Assembly: GCF_001194135.2 (NCBI RefSeq)
Contig: NC_068987.1
Coordinates: 14,223,735-14,287,734 of the forward strand
Origin: Octopus bimaculoides
Taxonomy: Eukaryota
DNA length: 64,000 nt
Direction of reading: 5' to 3'
Below are positions 53,266-64,000 of this stretch, piece by piece. The position numbers and the translations under genes were made by a program. Positions within the stretch are counted from its first letter, which is position 1. Every line of letters starts with the position of its first letter. The notes under the pieces were generated by a model. That model was not told the origin of the DNA and made no database searches. It saw only the letters and a list, made by a program, of their open reading frames with translations.

Positions 53266-53520
53266 AAGGGCATTATTACAGAAAAATAATAACGCCACAC
53301 AGTGGACTTCTCAAAATAACCACATTTAGTACCTAATGCGAGGAAAAACAACCAACAGAAGATGACCAACTTTCTTTTAAATAGACTTAACTGTGTATCG
53401 AAACGAATAATTATATTCGTGGGAATAGAAATTTCCCTTATGAATTTTTTTACACACTGGTCTCTTGATAAGATTCTTGTAAAAGAGTTTTATCCGTTTT
53501 TGAATTTACTTATCATTCAT

Positions 53521-53700
53521 ATATATATAATCCAAGAAAGTTAGGGGTTGTGAATCCAATCCACTAAGGGATGTATATATAATCGAAATATATATACGTT
53601 ATATATATATATATATATAATCCAAGAAAGTTAGGGGTTGTGAATCCAACCCACTAAGGGATGTATATATAATCGAAATATATATACATTATATATATAT
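53521..53700. repeat. tandem duplication of a 90-bp unit
   Basis: 53521-53610 and 53611-53700 differ at about two positions. Confidence 0.9.
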
Positions 53701-55866
53701 ATAATATTTAACAGAAGCAACAGAAACCAAGGACAGTTTTTCGTGCATTTCTGGAACAAATTATAAAAACAATTACGATGTTATGTAGATAATTCATATT
53801 TTTCAAATAATTTGCCCGTTATGTCGTTCAGTATATAAATACATAAACAAATCAGGGAATTTTTTTTATGGAATATGTATACACGCAATCATGCTCACAA
53901 AACGTACATTCCTAAATGAAATGGTTGTGTATCTTTATTGTTGTAGAAGAGGGAAGGGCAAAACAAAAGTGCAACAATCTTGCACGCACACACTCGTATA
54001 CAACATAAATATACACATAAATATAAGTGTGTCCGCGCACAGACACATATATATCTTATCTTTTACTTGTTTCCGTCATTAGGCAGTGGCCACCCTGGGA
54101 CGCTGCCTTATATGTAATATATAACGTCCTGTAACTAATTATATATGTATGTATTAGCTACAAGACGTTTTTTATAATTGATAGAGTGTTAAAATGATAA
54201 AACTGTGGACTCATGTCTCTGCCACTACAGGTGAAACTTCAAAGTTACTGTCAATGACATTAACTATGCGTGTGTATGTGATCGTGTACATAGTTGTATT
54301 TGTGCGTGTGTATCTTCTGGAGTTGGCGTAAAATGGGAGGGGGTATGATAGAAAGAGACACAAAGAGATAGAAGATACTGACTCATTTTCCGTATGTGCA
54401 GGGCTTTAAACCAGCTTTAGGCAGTCGCAGTAATTTGTACTAAATTTGTGTCCTAGAAAAAATTTTTATTGACTCTTCAATGTCGTTTAAGTCTTAAGAG
54501 AGGCTTTTGTGTTGGAGTTCATCGCTAGCCTTCTGATAAATTTGAATTTTTCAGGGTATAAATTTTGTACTTCCGCACCAATTGTCTCAAGTTAGCGATG
54601 CAAATTTAGTATTACACACACAGACACGCCACAAAAAGAGTAAAGAAAACTATTTTGTACATCAACATGTTGATATAAAAGGCAAATACCACGATACAAA
54701 TAACCCATGAAGTTGTTGTCATGGGGCTGCTGGTACCTTTAATGGGTCCGAGCCATTTGAATTAATGTTGTAATTGAGAAATTTTGATCACTAATTTTCG
54801 CTATTTGAACGGCAGTATTATTAATCTAGTGGTTTTAAAACATGTATGTACTTGTACATATATTTATACATTTTAGGCAGTTCCGCGAGTAAAATATTCA
54901 CTGTGGTGGTAGGTATTAATAAACTATTGTCAACGAAAGGCCTTAATACTATGATAAAATACACATCAGTTTTCTGGTGTACATTTTATTATTGCATTAA
55001 GTTAGGAAAACTCTAAAGCGATTCTTGTCCAGAATTATGGCTCATCTGACGATTTCGCTTGAATTTCTCGAATTCGACTTTATTTTAACCTTTTGAGCTT
55101 GTTACATTCTGAAAAAGGAATTTTTGTAAATGAAACTTTGCAGAAACACAGTTTAGAAAAATTTGCACTGCTGATTTCCTCTACAAAATAACTGCGAAAT
55201 GAGCCCGGCGATTGGAGTGACCAGTGCAGCGAGTGTCACCGGCCACTCTCTTGCAATTACGACAACGCTTTTGCAATTATATTCGCGACAAAACTTTTGC
55301 TTCTCGATAATTTGATATTTCATGCATTTATTTTGCAAAAGAAAAAGTGTATATACATATGCGCAGCACTATTCGTGTGGCAAATTTCTACAGCCGGATG
55401 CCCTTCCTGCCGCCAACCCCCACTTGTTGCCAAGCGAGGTAGTTTTTTCCCCCTCTCACTCTCTGGGAGAGAGGCACAAGCACTTACACAGACGTATTCA
55501 CACACGGCAGTAACTTCCGCCTACCAAATTCAATCACAAGGCTTCGGTCAGCCCGGGGTTATAGCAGAAGACACTTGCCCAAGGTGTCACGCGGTGGGAC
55601 TGAACCCGAAACCATACAGCTGGGAAGCAAGCTTCCTAACCACACAGCCATGCCCGCGCCTACATTTTCGATGGACAATTAAGCATATTTAAATCTACGC
55701 GCCGTGACAGCTTATTGGCTAACTAGATATATGTAATATAAATTATGAATGTATATATCTACAATTATGAGCGTAAACGCGTATAAATAAATATACATAA
55801 TGCATACTTCTGTCTAAATGTATTCGTGTAAACTCACACACATGTGTGTGTGTATATATATATATA

Positions 55867-55904
<38 letters not shown>

Positions 55905-55906
55905 GA

Positions 55907-55948
<42 letters not shown>

Positions 55949-56223
55949 TGCATATNNNNNNNNNNNNNNNNNNNNNNNNNNNNNNNNNNNNNNNNNNNNN
56001 NNNNNNNNNNNNNNNNNNNNNNNNNNNNNNNNNNNNNNNNNNNNNNNNNNNNNNNNNNNNNNNNNNNNNNNNNNNNNNNNNNNNNNNNNNNNNNNNNNNN
56101 NNNNNNNNNNNNNNNNNNNNNNNNNNNNNNNNNNNNNNNNNNNNNNNNNNNNNNTATATGCAATATATATAGATATACATTTATAAATACATTTTGCTTT
56201 TAACACATTTTTTGTTTCATTAA

Positions 56224-56410
56224 TCAGCTACGAAAGTCAGGCTACTGATATTGTCGATTAGTTAGTGAAATGTTATCACTTAGTTTCTGCTATCTTATCA
56301 GCAATGTCTTTATGAACATTCTATGTAATTGTATTTTTGTTAAATGTCCACACATTTCCTCATTTATTACATCTAACTACACACCAAATAGCGCAGAAAA
56401 ATACAACACA
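56224..56410 (+). promoter_or_regulatory. candidate initiator plus non-coding first exon of the ZNF starting at 63898
   Basis: TCAGCTACGAAAG start; acaccaaatagcgcagaaaaatacaacaca/GTAAGTT. Confidence 0.5.
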
Positions 56411-57038
56411 GTAAGTTGTATACATATACCTCTACTCTTGATTATCTTTAGATTGAATGTTTTACACACTTCGTACGATAGGAAAACTTTGAAGTAGTTT
56501 ATAAAGCCATGAAGTAACTTACTTTTGTCGTTAATATCTGGTTCGTTAATTTTGTTTTTGGCATACTAAACAAGTGTGTCCTCCACTCCGCCCTTCTTGA
56601 ATAGTACCTTAGACAAAAAACTGGATATATTTTTAAATGAAATTTTCTACAAAGACCTTTCAGATGGTGTAGATTCTGATTATAAAAACAAAAGTCGGAA
56701 GTGGCAGGCACCCTTGTGTAGATATGTCGTAGTTTCAAACATTAAAAGAAAAAAAATAACATATAAAAGCAATGCTCTTTAATAAGTTCCTTTAACGAAC
56801 TCGTTACTTTTATATTTTTCAATTAATTTACTACTGTTTTCATTACATTTCTGTTCCTGAAACACTTCACAATTTTCAATCTTTCAGCTAGGGTAAGAGA
56901 TATGATTTTCAGAGGTGTACTTGCCAGGCAAGTATGTGTTGAACCTGAAACGATTGCATATAAAACGTTATTAGCAATCAGGTCGCAGTTTCGAGCGACG
57001 AATATTTTGACACCGTAATACAAACAATAAATGTTTAA

Positions 57039-57318
57039 CCCATTACCTACCAGTGATCTCATATGAGATCACTTAAAAATTACAAATTTCGTAATTATCT
57101 GTCAATATTTACACATATCTAACCTTTTTGCTATATCTATTAGGTATATTTCTCTGATATTCAAATGAGGTTTGCTAATTTTTCACCCAATATCTCGCTT
57201 ATTTCTATTTAAAATGTTATTTTGATCATTCCAGCATGTTTCTAAGGCTGTTTTATGCTAGAAATCTTCAAAGTTACATAAAAAAATTCCAGTTAATAGA
57301 ATTATTGGCGGTAATGGG
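57039..57318. mobile_element. piggyBac-type MITE
   Basis: TTAA at 57035-57038 and 57319-57322; TIR CCCATTACC at both ends. Confidence 0.8.
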
Positions 57319-59739
57319 TTAAATGAAGTTAACACTGTTTCTATCCCACCCCGCTATCGTAAAGATATAACTATAAACTTACGATTGTTCTTTTCTGTTT
57401 GTTATTCCAGTAATATTTTGTTTTAAGTTTTAAAATATTAGCTTATGTAAGTAATAGTTGCCTCGTCCTCGTAGTTAATTAACAACCTTGTTAATTACAC
57501 AAACCGTTTAATTAAAAAAACTTGCTACATATCCAAAAGTGCCCCACTGTCACGTGTGCGTACAATTTAACGAATGTGTGAAATTTAAATAATTTTAAAG
57601 CAATTTATTAATATAAAAATACTATTTATGATTCTTATTAGGTATACTACATAATCTCAGCACCTGAGCACTATACAACAATTTCTTTCACATTTTGTTT
57701 CTGGTGAAGTCCGAAATAAGCTCCCTTCATAACCTTTTTCTCGAAAATTCTTTCATATGTTTCCAGAACAAGTACCCTCCCATTTTGTATTTTCGATTTC
57801 GAAAATTTCTTCGGTTTTTTTTTCTAATTTAAGCATGAAAGCTTAAGGCTTCAACAAAATATAAAATAAAACTTGTTAAATTTCACTTTGTTCATCTTTT
57901 GTTCTCCCCTCCCATGCTGTATCAAGATACACAAACCAGCCGTTTACTTAATTTTTCTATTTTGTTTTCCTCGAGAATTTTCTGAATTGTTTATAAATTA
58001 AAAAAAAATCTGCAGGTTCAAATTATTAATCACACTCCTTCAATAAAATCTCATTAAATTTCTTCACCCTTTTTGTTGTTATAAAAAGCAGTGTGTATGT
58101 ATACACGTGTCCTTAATAGAAATGGTTGTGACAGGGTCATTTCAAATGTTGGCAAATATTCAAATGAGCTTTTTTAAATGTATATTTAATCTGTTAGGGA
58201 GAATCACAGGTGTTTACAAGCCTGAAGAAACATTCAAACAGTTTTAGAAAGTTTTTATTGTTAACAAACGACTACAAAATACTGTTTATATATAGTTAGG
58301 GTAGTTTAAAATTTTGAATTAGATCGGTAATGCACTAGCCGTCATTACTTTATTTTATAATGATGGAAGATTTAGCAGTTTCACGAAGAGGCAGAGATTA
58401 AAAATTGAATTTGTGATTTTTTTTGTTTGTTTCCAGAATCGTATTTTTCGTTATTTATTTTTTTTTTTTGAAGTCACGGAATTCTGGTGCATGTTCACCA
58501 TTTAACCGGCCGTGTTTGGGAGTTTCTTGGTATTTCTGTTTCAATATGGAAGATTGATTCTGTAGTAATAAAATCATAATTTCGTTTTTTTTTTTAATTT
58601 GCCCCTCCCCTTACCTTTCATTTAAAAACTTTTCGACTATTTTTACTGGAAGTTCACACTTTACGATTCTACCAAATGTATGTTTTCAAAATTTCAAAAT
58701 AATTCTCGAAGTCGAATATAAAAAAAAAAAGGAGTTATGCATAATTTCGCGCTTTCATGCGACAAATTCTAGATTTTCATAATATGTGTATGTGTGTGTC
58801 AGGACAATGATATTGCAAATTTTATTTTACATATAAATTATGAAAGTTTTTTTTTTTCGTTTTGTTTGTAAAGGTGAAAAGTGGAGCAGCCTGCATTATT
58901 TAGCAGAAGCAAATATTATACTATATAGAAAAGCTACACAGAAACATGTTACAAGTTTATTTTACATATTAAAAAAATTATTGGAGGTGAATTTATGCAA
59001 TGTTGTAAGAACGTGTTGAAAACCGTCCGTCTAGATACAAAACTTAATCAGTGTCGGACCATTTCAGCTCGCTGTTTGATTCATATTAATATTTAAGCTG
59101 GCTCCTAATTCGCACCTTGGAAGATTCCACGTTATTTGTACAAATTCCACAAAATAACAAAAATGGCTAATCGTTCTTTCCATGCAACAACTTAATATTT
59201 ACTTTCTAAGAGGAAGTTACTGGGTCAGAAGAGGCAGGCACGATACAGGTGGTGAAAGTAGGAGAGATAGGTGAATTAAGAGTGGAGTTGGCATGAAACC
59301 AGCCACCTCCAAGCAGCAGAGAAATTGTAGTAGCTGTAGAAAAAGAAAAAACAAATAAAAAAAAATAGCATATCTTTGGTCTAGAGGTTGGTGAATGACT
59401 TCATGCCAATCAGTTCCTTTGTTGGGGAGATAGGTATGATCTGCAATGTATGTGTAGTGGCAACACAGTTTCCGATGTAGGGACAGTACTCAATTGGGTT
59501 TCACTTGAGATTTGTAAAAGGTTAGTAATGTTTAGAGGCAAAGGTATTTTTAGGCTCTGCAAAAGAAGGCCAGTCTTTGCTACGTTGAGAGTGTGTTCAT
59601 TTGGAAAGATTTTCATTGATAGCAGTGAAAGCATTTGTAGAAATATTGGGGCTCCTACCTTAATGCTTTTCATGTTTAGCAGTGAGTGGAATATAGTATT
59701 GTTTTATTGTGTTGTAATTTAAAAAAAAATTTGTGTAGA

Positions 59740-60340
59740 AGACTGAGTACATGTCCATCAATGAGAATGAAAACCACTTGCCAATTTATTCTGGTGATGG
59801 CTCCATAACTTAAGGAGGCCAGTAACTTCAAGTACCTTAGGCCTTATGTTGTTCACAGTAAGAAAGACTTCCTGACACACTAAAGACAATCCTATGTTAC
59901 ATGTAACAAGCTTCAAAACATCTGGCAATGGAGCATTTCAAAGTCAACAATGTTGGCCTTCTGTCTGGGCATTTGTAGAGAGTATTCTTTTCTGTGGAGC
60001 TGAAACTGGGATTGTGAAAGAGCAGCTTCAAGACTGCCTTGATGGTACATATGCCAAGCTTCTTATGAGTGCTCAAAGCATCTCATTGCATGACCATCAG
60101 ACCAATGAGAAGGTTTATGGATACATTCTACTCATCTCTAGTATTGTTCAATGTAGAGTAGGCTTTGTTTGCCATTGCTATTGTGCTGACCACCTGACCA
60201 TATCAGATGTTGATATTTGGATAGTTCTGCATGATAATAAAGGATGAAAGCCATTCAACTGTATTGATGGTATTGGCAGAGACATGCAGTATGAAACTGA
60301 AAACCTACAAAAGCTAATGTGGGACAGAATTGTGATGTGA
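59740..60340 (+). mobile_element. RTE-like LINE RT C-terminal remnant
   Basis: FKYL, FVESILFCGAET and LDGTYAKLLMSAQSIS..H.TNEKVYG match RTE VESILLYG.ETW / LDG.YTRLL motifs. Confidence 0.7.
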
Positions 60341-61713
60341 CAGTCATTTGAAGAAGTGTTTTTTGTATTGTAGAAAAGATGTGACTCTATTGGATAATGT
60401 TTTTGAAATCTCTGCTTATGGAGTCAGTGCAGTTATAATGTGACTTACCTAGATGATAATGATAACTCTTTTATGCTTTAAGGAGAATGGTATGGAATAA
60501 ATGGTGTTACTGGTGATGGTATATAGGTTGTTAATGTATATGGGAGAAGGGAAGAAAACCAAACTATAGAGTACATATAATTTGGTAGTGTTGGTCAGAG
60601 AGAACTCCATTCCTGCATGCTGTTGTGGCACTGATCCAGATAAGATGAGATACTGATAAATCTCTCAATTTTGCATGCTATACATGAATGTTTGCATCAG
60701 ATTTTTTGAGGGCAAGGACTCATTGACAAGTAATGTAGAAGAGTAGATGTCCAGTGAATTTGGTTTTGCAGAAACCATACTGGTGGTAATTTAGGAGGAT
60801 GAGATAATTAACATTTTGGAGAATGTGGCTCCTTCTTCTTTGAGATATTGCAAGTAGCTATTACAACAATATTTGCTAGGGTCAGAAAAGGTACTCTTCT
60901 TAAAGAGGAACATACTGTAATATGGGTTCCAAAGATCTAGATAGGTCCCTAAAGAGAGATTGAAGAGTTTGGTGAGGATAAGAGTTCACTTTAGGGCACA
61001 TAGTTTGGAGGAGGTGTCAAGGCAGAGGCATGTTAGTTTGATACGAGGTACTATGACCCTTGGTATGTATGTCATGTGGTGAGCCTCATAGGATAGAAAG
61101 GGATAGTTTAGAGATTTATTCCAGTGTGTACAGCATGGTGTTGGATGCTATGTGGACAGCAAATATGTAGGCGCTCTCTACGAGAATTACTTATAGAAAC
61201 TTCATAGGTGAGATGTAGAGAGATATAAAGAGAATTCTGCCAAGTTAATAGAAATACTTTTTGGTCAAGAATTAAAAGTTTTGGTTGGAGAGAGCCTATT
61301 GGGTGTGTGATGCATGGAAGCAAGAGAGTTCTGCTGTGTTGTTTGTATATGGATGATGCTTGTGTGTGAAATTGCAAAGAGTAGAAAACTAATGACGTAT
61401 GCATAGGAAAGTGTGTGTGATTAGAGTAAAAAATAGCAAAAAGTATCATTAATGTACAGGAGGAAGAGTCTTTGTGTATGTCAGATTTGATGAAATGTAA
61501 GTTTGAGTGAGAGACCAAACAGTACTTTGTGATAGAGCAGGACATTTCCATTCTAAGAGATATGAGACTGATGGAATCAATAAGCATGCAACTTTAGATA
61601 TTCTGATGTCAGAGTTGACCAATTGTTGATGTGAAAGGCAAATATATTGCTGAAAATAAGGGCAACCATTTGTGTATTAGAGAGTGTTAGGTTTGGCTCT
61701 ACAGAAACTTAAG

Positions 61714-61935
61714 GCGGCGAGCTGGCAGAAACGTTAGCATGCCGGGCGAATTGCTTAGTGGTATTTCGTCTGTCTTTACGTTCTGAGTTCAGATTCCGCC
61801 GAGATCGACTTAGCCTTTCAGCCTTTCGGGGTCGATTAAATCAGTACCAGTTATGCACTGGGGGCGATGTAATCGACTTAATCCCTTTATTTGTCCCCTC
61901 TATGTTTAGCCCCGTGTGGGTATTAAAAAAATAAG
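61714..61935 (+). mobile_element. young tRNA-derived SINE (copies at ~3620-3770, 4135-4580, 5340-5550, 18555-18980, 37590-37920)
   Basis: A-box ctggcagaa, B-box gagttcagattcc, core gcctttc..cctttcggggtcgat; CpGs retained. Confidence 0.85.
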
Positions 61936-61971
61936 AAACTGTACATGTGGTCACTGAACTTAAGAGCTTAA

Positions 61972-62173
61972 CCTTTTAGCATTTAAACCAGCCATATCTA
62001 ACTCACATATTATACCAGTTTTATGTTCAAACTGGCCAGATCTGGCCTCTCACACCTACCCCACAATGTCATGGTAAAAATAACCCCATCATTGAAATCT
62101 TGAAGCTATGAGATAATGCATGATTAATTCAAATAAGCATTACATTTGACATTGTAATTTGAATGCTAGAGGA
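61972..62173. mobile_element. piggyBac-type MITE
   Basis: TTAA at both ends; imperfect TIRs ccttttagcatttaaa / tcctctagcattcaaa; one end also seen at ~11830-11856. Confidence 0.65.
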
Positions 62174-62719
62174 TTAAGGTAATGAAATTAAGTGGATTTA
62201 CATCAATCAGTAGAGAGAAAGGATGAGCTTAGTTAGGGCTTGAGATGAGCATTGTTTTAAGCTAATAGAGCAGATTGTATCATGACAAGTCAGGGTTTGT
62301 GTAATCTAACAAGTTCTTTGTATTTGGTGTATCTGGTAGTGAGACAAATAGGCAAGAATGAGAATTAAAGGTTTTTGTTTATGCAGCAGCTACATATAAA
62401 TGTGAGTGAATCAGTTGTGGGTTTGTAAAGTTAAGGCCTTTGGTTGTCTATGCATCGTGCATTGACAAATTATTTTGTCGATTGTTAGTTTTTCTCTTGT
62501 CTCTTACTTGTTTCAGTTGTTGGACAGCAGCCACACTGGGGCACTGCTTTAACAGGTTTTTGTCAAACAAATTGACATCAGTAATTATGTTTTGTTTTTA
62601 AAGTCTGATACTTATTCTGTCAGTCTCTTTTGACAAATTGCTAAATTACGGGAATGTAAACAAACCAACACTGATTGTGAAATGGAGGTGGGGGTAACAA
62701 AGATATACACATAAGCACA

Positions 62720-62753
<34 letters not shown>

Positions 62754-63897
62754 NNNNNNNNNNNNNNNNNNNNNNNNNNNNNNNNNNNNNNNNNNNNNNN
62801 NNNNNNNNNNNNNNNNNNNNNNNNNNNNNNNNNNNNNNNNNNNNNNNNNNNNNNNNNNNNNNNNNNNNNNNNNNNNNNNNNNNNNNNNNNNNNNNNNNNN
62901 NNNNNNNNNNNNNNNNNNNNNNNNNNNNNNNNNNNNNNNNNNNNNNNNNNNNNNNNNNNNNNNNNNNNNNNNNNNNNNNNNNNNNNNNNNNNNNNNNNNN
63001 NNNNNNNNNNNNNNNNNNNNNNNNNNNNNNNNNNNNNNNNNNNNNNNNNNNNNNNNNNNNNNNNNNNNNNNNNNNNNNNNNNNNNNNNNNNNNNNNNNNN
63101 NNNNNNNNNNNNNNNNNNNNNNNNNNNNNNNNNNNNNNNNNNNNNNNNNNNNNNNNNNNNNNNNNNNNNNNNNNNNNNNNNNNNNNNNNNNNNNNNNNNC
63201 TTGGTGTGTTTACATTCCCATAACTTAATGGTTTAGCAAAGAAACTGATAGAATATATGCTAGGCTTAAAAAATAACTCCTGTGGTTGCTTTGTCTGACT
63301 AAAACTCTTTGAGGTGGTGCTCCAGCATAGCTGCAGTCAAATGACTAAAACAAATAAATACACACATACACGCATATATATATATATATATACACTCATA
63401 CACACAATGGGCTTCCACTCAGTTTCTTGCTATCAGATTCCCTCAAAGGCATTGGTTGGTCCAGGGCTACTGTAGGGGGCACTTGCCCAAGTCTTTACAA
63501 TCTTATTGATATGTAAGGTAGATTGATAAAGAATTGGATTAAGCCAAAAGACAGGAAGCCTTGAATCGTTATTTACTACAAGAATGTGTGATTTTACTGG
63601 GTGTCTGAAGCCAATGATGAAGTAAAAGTTAGGCTTGAGCTTTCTATCGTCATCATCATTTAGTGTCCATTTTCTATGCTGGCATGGGTTGGACCGTTTG
63701 ACTGGAACTGGTAAGCTGGAGAGCTATACCAGACTTCAGCCTGGTTTGGTTTGGTGTCTATGGTTGGATTATTTCTTCATGCCAGCTACTCCAAGAGTGT
63801 AGTGAGTGCCTTTTATGTACTGTTGGCATGGATGCCTTTTGTGTATATATTCACATTCCATTGCTCTTTATAATTTTATACTTTTCTATTATTTCAG

Positions 63898-64000
63898 GGA
63901 ATCTCTCTTGAATGGTCATGGAATGAAAAAAAGGTTAGATGTGGCTGGAGGATGATTTCATCAAAGAAGACATGTGACATCAATGGTATAATCTTGAAGT
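63898..64000 (+). other. start of the coding-exon 5' UTR of a further ZNF paralog (ORF expected beyond the window)
   Basis: atttcag acceptor; atcaaagaagacatgtgacatcaatggtataatcttgaagt matches 46953-46992 and 28760-28797. Confidence 0.7.

Larger units (their letters stand above)
60450..62460 (-). mobile_element. heavily decayed LINE (endonuclease/RT) with younger insertions
   Basis: minus-strand remnants resembling QYGF.K..ST, DPS.Y..IA and YINNL..TSNTIYS; homologous pieces at ~43030-43950. Confidence 0.45.

Noticed and set aside
55940-56170. Inverted flanks around a gap
   Set aside because: Low-complexity TA sequence at contig ends; probably an assembly effect
59410-59673. Minus-strand ORF with LLQISSETQLS resembling a LINE endonuclease motif
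   Set aside because: Single weak motif whose order conflicts with the neighbouring minus-strand RT remnant; not called
61714-61800. tRNA gene
   Set aside because: A and B boxes are present but it continues into a multi-copy SINE body; no full cloverleaf

Overview
AT-rich eukaryotic (animal) genomic DNA with many (TA)n/(CA)n microsatellites, tRNA-derived SINEs and four assembly gaps. The HTGEKPY/CDICGK-type zinc-finger cluster and repeat landscape suggest an octopod cephalopod (inference). Bases 576-12991 (+) hold the last 12 coding exons (557 aa plus stop) of glycogen branching enzyme GBE1; the penultimate intron (9561-11982) carries U12-type (minor spliceosome) signals and nested TE remnants. 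From ~16.2 kb to the window end is a tandem C2H2 zinc-finger cluster: an intact 7-finger gene on the minus strand (17649-18341) with a pseudogene and a relic fragment, two intact plus-strand paralogs (28854-30767, 47053-48813), and the start of a probable third plus-strand paralog at 63898. Each plus-strand paralog is preceded by a homologous candidate initiator and non-coding first exon. Intergenic and intronic DNA holds hAT, mariner and piggyBac MITEs (several with intact TSDs or TIRs), LINE remnants, a THAP-domain mini-ORF and several long fold-back elements embedded in (TA)n. Two of these contain hammerhead-ribozyme-like folds. The best one (41098-41148) has a compensatory G3-C8 core variant and is the most intriguing signal here.
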